DNA of 64,000 nt, from NCBI RefSeq assembly GCF_009914755.1, contig NC_060926.1. The stretch is one strand, 5' to 3'. The position numbers were made by a program, and so were the translations under genes. Position 1 is the first letter of the stretch. Each line of letters begins with the position of its first letter. Below are positions 26,636 through 42,180 of this stretch, in pieces. Below the pieces are notes generated by a model, which was not told where the DNA came from, did no database searches, and saw only the letters and a list, made by a program, of their open reading frames with translations. Source of the DNA: the human T2T-CHM13v2.0 reference genome, Homo sapiens.

Positions 26636-26906
26636 AATAACAATAATAATTAAATCAATTGATATTTATTAAGTGCAAAAACTGTATGACAAACATATTT
26701 ATACCTAATTTCATTTAGTCTTACTAATAACACTATTAGGCAAGTAGCATTAGTCCTATTAAACCAAGATAAGCGGGAAGGTATCAAGTTACTTGCTCAA
26801 GATTGCTTAGTGCTGATTGCTTAGCAGCTAGTAAGTAGTAGAGCAAGGATTTGAACCTAGGTCTGCCGATTCTAAATCCCAAGATCTTACCAGCTATAAT
26901 ACACTG
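26636..26906 (-). mobile_element. MIRb SINE
   Basis: AAGTTACTTGCTCAAG...CAGCTAGTAAGTAGTAGAGCAAGGATTTGAACCTAGGTCTG. Confidence 0.8.
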
Positions 26907-27548
26907 AAAATAATGGTCCTGTGAGGAAAAAGTAGTGAAAAATAGATGTTCAGTAACAAATCTCTACAAGATGTTCTCCTAAGCTTTTACGTCCTCAGCT
27001 AAATCTGATTAAACAATCAGGTGTCACTTTAGAGTCTCAATACATATGCACAAAACAAGCAACTCTTTAACATCAGTCCATTTGTTTTTTGAAATGTAAG
27101 TTACATTTGGCTGAAGCAAATTTAAACTGTGCCCATACCCCTACTTCTGTATATAGTGAGTATCAGAAAAAATGTAAAATACATAGTGTATGAACATCAA
27201 ACGGATATACAATATAACTATATCTATAACTATATATGATATGTTATCTAATATGTATATACATACACAATATACATACATTTTAGAAACAGTGTTTGAT
27301 TCTGTTTCTAACACTTTAGAGCATTCTAAAATTATATGTTTTCTTAACAATTAAATTGGTAGTCAGTCAGCTTAAGTCCGGTGAGCTTCCAAATGAGGTT
27401 GAAGATTCATTATTTGCAGGACTTAATTATTTCCATCTTTCTCTCAATTGTTTTCTAAGTGTAATAGAGCTATAGTTTACATATCTAGTACAACATATTT
27501 ATTTTCTCTTATTCTCATTTTTGTCATCAGTTGACCAAAGACTTAACC

Positions 27549-27910
<362 letters not shown>

Positions 27911-28669
27911 TTAGGCACAATTTCTTATATACAGTAAGTGCTCAAAAAATAATGTTATTTCAATTATTGTAGTCACTGTACTTTAGCATACAGGAACTCA
28001 ACAGGATCTGTAGTACTAATATTAGCTGTATATTGTCCCCTGGCATTCAGATAACAAAACAACAGTAATTGCTTTGAGTACAGATCACATAGCTAGCTAG
28101 AGGTACTGGGTACTTTAGCATGATACATCATTCTTCCACTCTAGTGGTGCATAGTAATCAGAGATTGCCCATTTAAGAAGAATAAATCTTCTATGATTTT
28201 CAGTAAAATGTTACTCAGATCTCTCTTTAAACCAAAGATTATTTCTAAATTATATATACCTGGTAAAAGTCGACTTGTTTCCATCAGGTAAAACATAAAT
28301 CAATGTTTAGTTTAGAAAAGAGGTTCAGTCTCCTGAATTATTTACTGTCTTACTAACTTTAAAAACATTTAATAAAGCGGACTTTGTCATTGTACAAATT
28401 CTTACTAATAACCAAAATGAACACTTTGAAAAGAAGTATATGATATTTTAAGCCACTTGGAGACCATTTGGTGCATCCAAGAAACAATTTACTTAATGGT
28501 ATCAGCAGAATCTAGACAAATAAATTTAAAACAGCATATGCCAGAAAAAGTGGAGGGAGTCACATTTTGCCATGTAAACACACAGCGATATGTCCCTGTG
28601 AACATTAATAAATGTTCCTTAATTTCCCTAATTCCTGAAAATTTCCTTAAGATGAACAGAATTATGCTA

Positions 28670-29965
<1,296 letters not shown>

Positions 29966-32450
29966 AAGCAAATCATGTTCATTATTAATCATTCATAAAA
30001 TGAAATGATATAATTCTATAAGGTGTAGTCATGATGTAAATAATCTAGTTGTATACTCTTGCTAAGAAAATCAACAAGAACAATCACCTTGAGATACGAG
30101 GAAATAGTAGTTTTGATCTAAACTTTTAAGTTTGTAATGTAATTCTAATGCTAAATCAGCTTTAGAAACCAAGGGGACAAGAACTAGGTCGTTCTAGTTG
30201 GTAAATAACTGATATCATGAGCGTCCTGTATTATATCAAAATACTGTTATAGAGAAGAACAGGGGCACTTTCAATTTGCAAATAAGAACTCTGTTAAAAA
30301 TAGCCAGTCAAAAGTTTAAAGTAAGCTTGAATATGTCTAGCAAATTGAAACAGAAATGCAATTGGCTATCCCAGAAAAATTTTTTGGCAATCTTTCAAAG
30401 AAATGAAGAAGCATAACATGAACATTTTGTCAGGCCTCAGGAGTTTTGGTGAATATTCTATAAACAATAGCATCTCAGCATTATCCCCAGTCACAATCAT
30501 ACCAGATGTTATACTTCCAACCCTTATTCCCTGGCTCATAATAAAAATAAAGGAAAAAATGATCCTTCTATTTATGAAAATAGGAGGAAAAAATAACTCT
30601 TTTATAGACTATCGGTTGAAAGACAGTAGGATAGATAGTTTGCAAAAGTGTGTTAAAATGGCAAATAATAGTAGCATGCATTCATTATATCTTGTTTTCT
30701 CAAAGCTCAACTAAAGTTGAATTTTACTTCATTCAGTGTTTCAGAGGAAAACTGAAAGAGACATAACCTCTGCAATAGTTAGTGGCAACTTTCTATGAGA
30801 TTGGAAATGTATTCACTGTGAAAATATTGAGTCACTAAGCCTTCAGACTGCATTCCAAAAGTCTACCAGGGACATTTCAATCAAGGGTGTGAAAATGTGA
30901 CAGCCAGGCCATTTGGGCTAAAAAGCATTGTACAGAATTATGTTGGGGAATCTAGTGCCCTCCAAATGACCTCGTGTGTGGCCATGGTATTAAATCATGG
31001 AGAAACTTATTCATTAGTTGAATATTTTCTTTCCAAAAAAGGGAGAAAAAGAAAGAGTCTTGCATTCCCAGTAAGAATGCTAAATTACCCTATCTCCCAA
31101 TGGAATGATTCACTTTCATTTCCAATAGCAGTAAAGCCTATTGACCCCCGTGGTGTTATCCTTCTCGCTGCTCATGCAGTACTTTCTTTAATCTCTCGGA
31201 TCAAAGATTGGTCAATAAAAATCATCTCTGCTTTTGTGGAGAGCAAACAAACTGCACTCAGTCCTGTGATAATTGTAAGTTTTCACAAAATTCCAGAAAA
31301 AGAAATACCCATGTGTTGTCACTAAATTAGCCAAGGAAAGAAGTCATCTTCTATTTGGTGAGTCCATTTAAAATGCCCTAGGTTTTCCATGTAAGGTACA
31401 TATTACTTCTCTTGGGAGGGTAGGAAGAGTTCTGATTTTTTTCCTTCTTCCTAAAAATTTTAAATGAATTTTGAATCAGTGAAAGATCTCTCACCAATGA
31501 CCCTGAACACTGAAGTCCAATTTTTCTGCAGAAAAAAATTACATGGAGGTGTCATTTTGAAAAAAGAACATCAATATAAATGACAGCCCCAACATGAACT
31601 GCCCTTTGCAATAAAAAAAACATGCCTCAATCCCAAATGAAAAGGACAACTTCTTTGGTGAAAGAGTAGACCAGTTGTTTTCTCCATTAAAGTTTGGTCC
31701 ACTTTGCTAAGCAGCAGCAAGTTTCAGTAGAAGATGACAATAAAATCTAGTTTTTGTTAGGTCTGTAATTATTCAATTGAAACTAGACTCAGTTCATTGA
31801 CTTATTTCATAATAGATCATCTAATAGTCACTCATGGGAGAATCATGGTTCTTCTGAATTATCTTAAAGTTGACAAGTTGCTAATTTAGTAGGGCACAGT
31901 TTGCCATTGACAACCCCATTAAGCTTTTAAAATTTTATTTTAATTTTCTAATTGCTAGTCATAAGAAATATATATTGTCATCTGAACTGTTTCTTTCATC
32001 CCAGTTTAAATTTAAAAAGTGATGGAAAATTAACTCTTAGCAGAAGTAAAATTTGTGGAGGGTATTCTGATACCTTTGCCATCTGATATGGTGTGGCTGT
32101 GTCCCCACCCCAATCTCATCTTGAATTGAATTGTAGTTCCCATAATCCCCAAATGTCATGGGAGGGACCCCATGGAAGGTAATTGTATCATGGGAACTGT
32201 TTCCCCCATGCTATTCTCATGATAGTGAGCAAGTTTTCATGAAATCTGATGGTTTTTTAAAGGGTTTTCTCCCTTTGCTCAGCTCTCATTCTACTTCTCC
32301 CTGCTGCCATGTGAAGAAGGACATGTTTGCTCCCATTTCCACCATTATTGTAAGTTTCCTAAAGCTTCACCAGCCACGCTGAACTGTGAGTCAATTAAAC
32401 CTCTCTCCTTTGTAAATTACCCAGTCTCAGGTATGTTTGTATTAGTAGTG

Positions 32451-32809
32451 TGTATTAGTCTGTTTTTACATTGCTGAGACTACTGTTTTCACATGCCTGA
32501 GACTGGGAAGAAAAAGAGGTTAAATGGACTTATTGTTCCACATGGCTGGGGAGGCCTCGCAATCATAGTGGAAGGCAAAGAGGAGCAAGTCAAGTCTTAG
32601 ATGGATGGTGGCAGGCAAAGAGAGAGAGCTTGTACAGGGAAACATCCCCCTTATAGAACCATCAGATCTCATGAGACTTAATTCACTATCACTAGAACAG
32701 CATGGGAAAGGCCTGCCCCCCATGATTAAATTACCTCCCACCAGGTCCCTCCCACAACATATGGGAATTTAAGTTGAGATTTAGGTGGAGACAGAGTGAA
32801 ATCATATTA
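32451..32809 (-). mobile_element. THE1A/B-type solo LTR nested in the 5' LTR of the THE1C/D
   Basis: TGTATTAGTCTG...CATATTA; TSD TAGTG (32446-32450)/CAGTG (32810-32814); host LTR resumes TGAGAATGGACTAACACA. Confidence 0.92.
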
Positions 32810-33150
32810 CAGTGTGAGAATGGACTAACACAGTAAATTTGTACTGCAGAAACTGGGGTACTGCTGTAAAGATACCTGAAAATGTGGAAGTGATTTTGCA
32901 AGTGGGTAACAGGCAGAGATTGAAGCTGTTTGGAGGGCTCAGAAGAAGACAGAAAAATGTGGTAAAGTTTGGAACTTCCCAGAGACTTGTTGAATAGCTA
33001 TGACTAAAATGCTGTTAGCGATATGGACAATGAAGTCCAGACTGAGGTGGTCTCAGATAGGAGACTGGCGGCATTTTGCCCTGCTCTAGAAATCTGTGGA
33101 ATTTTGAACGTGAGAGAGATGATTTAGGGTATCTGGTGGAAGAAATTTCT

Positions 33151-33439
33151 TTTTCTTGAGACAGAATCTCTCTCTGTAGCCCAGGCTAGAGTACAGTGGC
33201 ACATTCTTGGCTCACTGCAACCTCCACCTTCTGAGTTAAAGTGATTCTCCTGCCTCAGCTTCCCAAGTAGCTGAGATTGCAGGCATGCACCTCCACACTT
33301 GGCTAATTTTCGTATTTTTAGTAGAGAAGGGGTTTCACCATGTTGGCTAGGCTTGTCTCCAACTCCTGACCTCAAGTGATTCACCTGCCTCAGCCTCCCA
33401 AAGTGCTGGGATTACAGGTGTGAGTCACCATACCCAGCC
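33151..33439 (-). mobile_element. AluSx/Sz inside THE1-int
   Basis: Alu consensus; 18-bp TSD CTGGTGGAAGAAATTTCT/CTGGTAGAAGGAATTTCT (2 mismatches). Confidence 0.95.
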
Positions 33440-35469
33440 CTGGTAGAAGGAATTTCTAAGCGCACAAGCATTCAGAAGGAAGCAGAGCATAGAAATTTGG
33501 AAAAGTTGTAGCCTGACAATGCTATAGAAAAAAAAAAAAAAAAACACTTTCTCGGGATAAATTCAAGCCTGCTGCCGAAATATGCATAAGTAACTAGGAG
33601 CCAAATGTCAATCAAAACAATGGGGAATATGTCTCCAGAGTACGACAGAGACTTTCACTGCAGCCCCTCCCATCACAAGCCTGGAGGCCTAGGAGGGAAA
33701 AATGGTTTCCTAGGCTGGACCTGGACCCTCCCTGCTCTATGCAGCCTCAGGACATGGTACACTGCTTCCCAACCACTTCTGCTCCAGCCATGGCTAAAAG
33801 GGGCCGACATACAACTCAGGCCATTGCTAGAGGGCATGCAAGCCCAAAGCCTTAGTGGCTTACATGTGGTGTTGAGCCTGTAGGTGAACAGAAATCAAGA
33901 ATTGAGTTTTGGAACCTCCACCTAGATTTCAGAGGATATATGGACATCCAGGCAGAAGTTTGCTGCAGGGGTGGGGCCCTCATGGAGAACCTCTGCTAGG
34001 ACAGTGGGGAAGGGAAAGGTGGGGTCAGAGTCCCCATACAGAGTCCCCACGGGGGCACTGCCTAGTGGAGCTGTGAGAAGAGGGCCACTGTCTTCCAGAC
34101 CCCAGAATGGTAGAGCCCCTGATAGCCTGCACCTTGTGCTTGGGAAATCTGCAGACACTCAATGTCATCCTGTAAAAACAGCTGAGGGGAGCTCTACCCT
34201 GCTAAACCACAGAGGCAGAGTTGCCCATGGCTGTGGGAGCCCACCTTTTGCATCAGTGTGTCCTAGATGTGAGACATGCAGTCAAAGGAGATCATTTTGG
34301 AACTTTAAGGTTTAATAATTCCCCTATTGGATTTTGGACTTGCATGAGACTTGTAGCACTTTTGTTTTGGCCAATTTCTCCCATTTGGAATGGGTGGATT
34401 TACCCAGTGCCTGTACCCCCATTGTATCTAGGAAGTAGCTAGCTTGCTTTTGATTTCACAGACTTATAGGCAGAAGAGGCTTGCCTTGTCTCAGATGAGA
34501 CTTTGGACTTAGATTTTTGATTTAATGCTGGAATGAGTTAAGACTTTGGGGGACTGTTGGAAAGGCATGACTGTGTTTTGAAATGTGAGAACATGAGATT
34601 TGGGAGGGGCCAGGGATGGAATAATATGGTTTGGCTGTGTCCACACCCAAATCTAATCTTGTATTATAGTTCCCAAAGTCCCTACATGTCATGGGAGGGA
34701 CCCGGTGGGAGGTAATTGAATCATGGGAGCAGTTTCCCCCATGCTATTCTCATGATAGTAAGTTCTCAAGAGATCTGATGGTTTTATATGAGGCTTCTCC
34801 CTTCACTTGGCTCTCATTCTTCTTCTCCCTGCTGCCATGAGAAGGATATGTTCACTTCCCCTTCTGACATTATTGTAAGTTTCCTGAGGCCTCCCATCCA
34901 TGCTGAACTGTGAGTCGATTAAACCTCTTTCCTTTATAAATTATGCAGTCTCACATATGTCTTTATTAGCAGCATAAGAATAGACTAATACACCATCATA
35001 AGGAAGAAATGATCAATTTTAATGATATAGTGGGAAACAGCAATTATGTGTGACAATTATTTTAAATACTACTAGATATTTTATGGAATGAATCAGAAAA
35101 GAAGTAACTGAAACTATAAATATATAGAAGAACTGTTAAATACAAAGTGGAAGAATTAATTCCCAGGGAGAAAAACACACTCTATATCAAGATTTACAGT
35201 CTCACGTATTCTGCTTTGCATTAACATTGATATTACTACTGATCTTTTCTGTATAAACTTATTCTTAATAATACTTTTGTGTTATAGGGAATGATAGTAT
35301 TTGCCTACTTAATATCTTACAGAGTTACTGTAAAAGCAAATGAATATATATACTTTAAACTCATCAGATGAATAAGATTAAACTAAGAATGATTACTCAT
35401 TTCTAATTTTAAAATATAATTCCATAAAACTTTGTCACTCTTAAAAACAAGTTACTATATTTTAAAAAA

Positions 35470-35638
35470 TAATAAAAGCATCAGCTTTGGAGTTAGAGTT
35501 GGGCTCAACTTTCAGATTTGTGACTTATCCTTACTGAGTTTTGGTTTCTTCTATAAAATTGGAATTTTAAAAAATTGTTTCTTTGTAGTAAGAATTAAAT
35601 ATAATAATGCACTCAATATGCCTAGTAGTATGCTTGGT
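35470..35638 (+). mobile_element. MIR fragment
   Basis: AAAGCATCAGCTTTGGAGTTAGA...TTTCTTCTATAAAATTGG...GTAAGAATTAAAT. Confidence 0.55.
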
Positions 35639-35639
35639 T

Positions 35640-35892
35640 TAACATTTACTGAGCATCTACTATTGTAAGGCCTTGTATTTAGTGCTTTTTTTTTATAGTC
35701 ACTCATTTAAACTCCAAACTAATCTATGAGGTAGACATTATGACAACCACATTTTACAGACTAGAAAACAGAGGCATAGAGAAATTCAATAACTTGTGTA
35801 AGGTCATAGACCCAGTAGTTGGCAGAAGCAGGATTTGAACCAAGCTAGTCTGACTCAAGCACTTAAATTCTTGATTGTCGCACTAGACTGCT
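35640..35892 (-). mobile_element. MIR SINE
   Basis: AACATTTACTGAGCATCTACTAT...CATTTTACAGACTAGAAAACAGAGGCATAGAGA...GGATTTGAACCAAG. Confidence 0.85.
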
Positions 35893-35962
35893 TCTCCTAT
35901 TAACAACAGCTTCCAGCTTGTCAGCTATTTATGTTAATATGTATAGCACTGTCTTGCCTTGA

Positions 35963-36367
<405 letters not shown>

Positions 36368-37858
36368 TAGAGAAGATCACCAAAGATGATGAATATGAAT
36401 ATGCTAAATAATGATTGATTTTACGTGGCCATATTGTACCTGGGGGGAAAAAACTATTGTAACTTGACCCAGTGATACAAATGCTTTATGATTCCACGGT
36501 TTTTGGACTATGCTTACCAAATGCAGGTTCCTAAGAATCGTCATGTAGAGTCAGACAAATCTGAACTCCTCCCACCCCAACAACCAGACTTGTTATTTGT
36601 GCTTGTTTTTTGTGTTATCACCAAGAATGCATTTTAAAAAGGATTTCAAACCTAATATATTTTAAAATCTCTGAATTCTACAGTCTATAGCTTCTAGCCA
36701 AAGTCCAACTATTCTATGAGCCCTACCAATTATATCATATGCTAAAGAGATTTGGATACATTAATTAATTTCAATGCAAACTGCTTTTTAAGGAACTGTA
36801 TATACTAAACAGGATGTTTTCAAGCTTTGGCAAAGTTCAGTTAAACCATTCTGTTGTAAAATGCTATGATGTTGGGGAGAAAGGACAAAGGAAAGGCACT
36901 CTGAGGACTGTCGTCTTCTATCCCTAATCTGACTTGATTGTAGGTATACAAATTAGCCACTATTATTCAACCCTTATAAATGACAGCATTTCAAAATACA
37001 TATTGTAAATACCTCACTATTAACACTAGTAGTAAAGGAGTGGACTCTAAGAGAAAACTTGTCCCGATTTCTTCACCTATGTGTTCATTCCTTCAAAAAA
37101 TACTTTTTGGTCATTTACTGAAACCCTCTGGCAGCTGCTATAGAAAAAAAATACATATTCAACATGGAAAACTAAAAATACAGAAAAGTATAGAGAATAG
37201 TTTAATATACTTCCAGACATTTGCAGTTTTGTACATAGTTTCATTATATTCCATAAACAAAACTGCATTGTTTTAAATACTGTAATATGATTTTCCGACT
37301 ATAAGAGTACTACATGCTGGTGTAGACAGAAAATTAAAATGAAGAAAGAGAAATCATCCAAAATTCTGGTGAATATTGTTACCACTGTATTTTCCTAAAA
37401 TACTATCTCCTATGCATTTTTGAAAAATAGTTGAGATCATTTTGTTTTCTCTGGTTTTTAAGCATACTTAACATAATCATTCAGAGATCTTAAATGAAAA
37501 GGAAGTTAAGATGAAATCAGTGACAGATAACTGCCACTGGATTGTCTCCATCAAATTAAAGCAAAAGTCATCTCTTAGGTCATTTAATGTAAGTTTAAAC
37601 ATGCAGAAATCAGTTAGTCAAGTACCCCGGAAATTTTAAAAAGGAGGAAAAGGACACTTCACTGTTCCACTTAACCAGCAACTGGTAGAGACAAAAGGAC
37701 ATTTTTCCTAGGTCCCCTAACCTAAAAATTGTTAGCATCAGGTGAAACAGAACACCACCAAGTTCGGTTAAAATTGTCATCATCAACATCTACAATTTTC
37801 TCTTTCAACATTTTATTTATTGATGCAGTGTATTAGAAGATGATCTCAAAGTTCTGGG

Positions 37859-38000
37859 CAGTGCTTTCCAAACGTTAATGAGTAATCAAATCATCTGTGG
37901 ATCTTCTTCAAATGCAGATTCTGATTCAGAGGTCAGGATTGGATCTAAGAGTCCTCATTTCTTACAGCAAGCGATGGGCTTGCTGCTGGTCCACAGACCA
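37859..38000 (-). mobile_element. MER5A/B (hAT-Charlie)
   Basis: CAGTGCTTTCCAAAC...AAATGCAGATTCTGATTCAG...GCTGCTGGTCCACAGACCA. Confidence 0.75.
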
Positions 38001-38789
38001 ATGTCTCTCTCCACCTCCCACAACCCAACCATTGAAAGGTGAGACGCTTGGTAGTCTTTTGCTAGTTCTCAGTCCCTAGGTCTCTGGGTTTGAAACAGTG
38101 AGCACACTTTGAAAGAAGAAAGCGTCTGGCTACCTTGTTGTAGATGACTGAGATTGATCTGTTTCATGTTTAAAAATTATTTACAAACTACAGATTAATT
38201 TTGGGTTTTCATTTTCATTATTTTATGCATCATTATAAAGAGGTTAGTGGGAACTTGGGAAAAGAAGCATCGACTCTTCAGCACTTAAACTAGAAGTTAA
38301 AAACAAAAAAAAAGAGTAAAAGGTAACATGAGTTGTTTCAACAGCCAGCAGTAAAGAAGTTGGAAAGGAGGAGCTAGCTGTTCAATAAATTGTAGGAATA
38401 ATGACTCTCCCACAGGAGGTAAAACTATCTTTTTATTCCTATTTCTTTCAATGCAAAGTTTTCAAATGATATTAGCAGCCTAAACCTGTAGTGCCGACAG
38501 GTGAGTGTGGACATATCCTAAGAGAGTCCATGCCTGGGGCCAGGCACAGATGGCTGTCAGTGATCCTGGTCAGCATTAAAAACCTCCTGCAGCATGAGGA
38601 ACAGAGCAGAATATAATTTAGACCACATTGCAAACAAAATCAAGTGGGAGAGAATTTCACTTTTAAATGTTCATTCACCAATAAAGGAAATAAACAAAGA
38701 CAACCTATCTACATAGCATCATTTCCCCCCGAGGTGAATGGTTGCATCTGTGCATCAATTGGTTTCAGAGAGAGCTCTGTGAGCCAAGA

Positions 38790-38862
38790 TCATTAAGCAT
38801 TGTCCTGCCCAGAAGCAGGGGGATGGGTAAAATGACCTCTTGAAGTCCCAATTCTATAATTT
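38790..38862 (+). mobile_element. L3/CR1 3' end fragment
   Basis: GTCCTGCCCAGAAGCAGGGGGATGGGTAAAATGACCTCTTGAAGTCCC. Confidence 0.55.
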
Positions 38863-39764
38863 AGGAACTGGTTACTGACTCCTTCAGGATAACCACAGAA
38901 GTGGTGGTAAAAGGGTTAGCAGGCATTAATAGCCAACAGGCAGCATGCTTTAACTGTCTGTCAGCCACACCAGAATGTTAGCAGAGAAAATGTTGCTTCC
39001 AATAACTCGAAACTTCCAGGTTCCGGCGACCCTCTCATTCCAGTAGAAGTCATCTTGTAGTTTCCTTATAAGCATTAGGAGACTCACCAGGAAATCTAGA
39101 AACTTTATGCTAACTACTTAATAAAGCACTGTTATTTTAAACTTGTAGTTTTTATACAAAAGGTACAGAATCAAAGGCCTTAAACTCTTGACAGATCATT
39201 TTGCCTGAATGGTTCTAGACAAAGGAAATAAAACTATAATGCTGAACATCAGTTTTCCAGAATGGTGTTGGCTGAGCAATTTTTATTTAAAAAATATATT
39301 GTAAGATTTGACAGATTATACTTTATGTGGATTATCAGCTTCCAGAGAATTAGAATACCTGATCTTAAACTCTATCGCTAACCCAAGCTGACTGTCTTTG
39401 TAAAGTATAGCATTAAAAAGAAGGAAATCTGGACCAGAGACTGAATGATTTTGCAAGTCTATTACCAATTACTGAAAACCAAACCAAACAAAACAAAAAA
39501 CTAAGCTCACCTACTGGTAAAGGTTCAGAAGAAGGATTGTCATTATTGATGAAGGATAGATATTCTTAAAGAGACATTATGGGTGCTGTGGAGCATTTCT
39601 GTGTAGTTTGGACTGTCAAGTTCCGGTTCAGAATCTGTAATACACTGATGCAAAAGCAATCCAGTCTCCCTGCCATATCCTCTTATAGGCTCAACCTTTC
39701 CTTCATGGAAGTCAATGGCTTATGAGTTCATTTTGGTGGATCAGTCAATGAGTCCTTCTGCCCT

Positions 39765-39890
39765 TTCTTCCCATCTAGATTGTAAAAAGAAACCTTTTGT
39801 TTTTCTCTCTTGATTCACAGCAATTTTGGTCTTAGTATCTTACACGTAGTAGGCCCTTGATAAATAGTCAAAGAATAAATTTTAAATGAA
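39765..39890 (+). mobile_element. L2 3' end fragment
   Basis: CTAGATTGTAA...ACACGTAGTAGGCCCTTGATAAATAGT. Confidence 0.55.
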
Positions 39891-41230
39891 TTTTGGATTT
39901 TTTATATGTAAATTTCCTGAGCTTACAGAGGTTCACTGCCCTTTTGATACAGACATTTTCTAGATAGAGCTTACAGTAGTCATAGGAATCGTGCATTTAA
40001 GTACTAATACTTTTAAAAGGACTATGGGCTTTATCTGTGGAACTGATTTCTTATTGTCTTACTATCTTAAACTAAACAAGCAAATTGGGCCCACATTATG
40101 GATGACGAGCGAGAAGGACAAACAGTCCCGATTAGCAAAATTAATATCCTAGATAAACAGAGAATTAAAAGCCAGATATGTAATCGGGTACTTTAAATAT
40201 TTTGTTACCTGTTCTACCACAAAGTGCAACTCCCTCCATTACTAATAGAGTTCATCCATTAGCTCAATAATTATATTAATGGAAGCACTACTTAAATCAT
40301 ATGAATGCCTAACGACTTTTTAAAAATTTACATGTATTTAAGAAGTAAATATGCAGTATATAATTGCATCTTCATGCAATCAATAAATAGCACTTAAATT
40401 TTCTGTTTTATTTTTTCTTATGTTGTAACGTGTAACATTTTTCCTATAAGAAATAGAAGCAAGTCATCAGAAGATATCAAGGTTTATTTTTTAAACAAAG
40501 CACTCAGATAGTAAAAAACTGAATACTTCATAAAGGAAATAGGTTGCTCTCCCCTAAAATTGCCTCTAATGTTAGCTGAATATTAATAAAATTCATAAAC
40601 CATTAGTACATTATAGCTGCTTTGTTCTGAATTACATAGACCTTTTATGTTTATTCCTCAGTGAAAATGCATAAAAAAATGAAATCCACTCTAATTGTAC
40701 TCTCTGAAGATAGCTGGTAAAATCATTTCTAGCAGCTATAAATCAATTGTAGTATTAAAATGACCTGCCAGGTGCATCTTCTGGGTATCAGACTAATTAA
40801 GGGAATGTATTAATTGCAACTATTCATCAACACCACCAACGTTGTTAGGTAACCCTTACAATGAATCTTTTTACTGTATTATCTAGCGATAAAACTGCAG
40901 TTTTATAAAATGTGGAAAAAAAAGGAGAGAGAGAGAGCTGGGAGAATGGCGTGTGGTTGTGCTTCTACATTTCGAAAAGGTCTTACAGAGTGGCATGATG
41001 GCCAGAAAAAAATATTTTCTCACACAAAATCTTTAACTCACCTTTATGCTTGGTTTCTATTGTATATTATTTTGTAAAACATGTTTAATGTGTCCTATTA
41101 AATCAATTCTGGATTTTTTAAATCCCAGTTATTTTACTGCTTTTTATTAAATAACTGCTAACAACAGCATATTATGGACATATAAGTGCATACATATATA
41201 TGTATGTGTATAAAACATAGTCTTGCAAAG

Positions 41231-41231
<1 letters not shown>

Positions 41232-41275
<44 letters not shown>
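41232..41275. repeat. (TG)22 microsatellite
   Basis: uninterrupted TG run of 44 bp. Confidence 0.97.
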
Positions 41276-41276
<1 letters not shown>

Positions 41277-41861
41277 ATATACATAGCTTTCCCTGAATGG
41301 AAGTCAATTAAACTGTAATGGTAATTAGCATCAAAAGAATGTCAGAAAAATGTAGGCTTTGATCTTAAGTAGTAAACTGGGTAGGCCTTTGAAATTAATT
41401 TCAAATGATGGCCATACTATTATTACAGTTTCCATTCCTCAAAGAAGAAAAGAAACATAAAATCTTGGAAATTGTTATACAACAAGAAGTGTTTTTTTTT
41501 CTTTCTTTATGAGCCAAATTCTTAGACAGCATTAAGTGGCTCACTAGCTGTAAGAACATTAATTCATTAATTCACTATGCCATTATGGCAACATTTTTGT
41601 GTGTGTGTGTTTTGATCTCTTTAGTACTTTAAATAATGAGTGACAAAATGACAAATTCCAAGAAGAGAAACTACTATTTCCATTCTTCTGATACAAATCA
41701 CTGGGAGACTCTGAATTACCCCTGAATATCCCTGAGTAATCAATTCCAGAAGCTGCCTCCAAGGTTCCAAAAATGCGCTTTCTTTCAAATCAGGTCCTGG
41801 CCTCCTTTTCATTTTTGGAGAATTCCTACAAGAAATCTATTTTATGTTTAAAATATACCAA

Positions 41862-42180
<319 letters not shown>

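Larger units (their letters stand above)
32084..34992 (+). mobile_element. full-length THE1C/D MaLR provirus (LTR-int-LTR)
   Basis: 5' LTR 32084-32832 (split by insert), internal 32833-34621 ending in polypurine tract GGGAGGGGCCAGGGATGGA, 3' LTR 34622-34992; perfect TSD CCATC at 32079-32083 and 34993-34997. Confidence 0.95.

Noticed and set aside
30897-31325. 142-aa ORF in unique DNA
   Set aside because: GTG start, no recognisable domain, no convincing splice boundaries
33605-34442. Overlapping ORFs in THE1-int
   Set aside because: Fragments of the degenerate MaLR internal region; no intact frame
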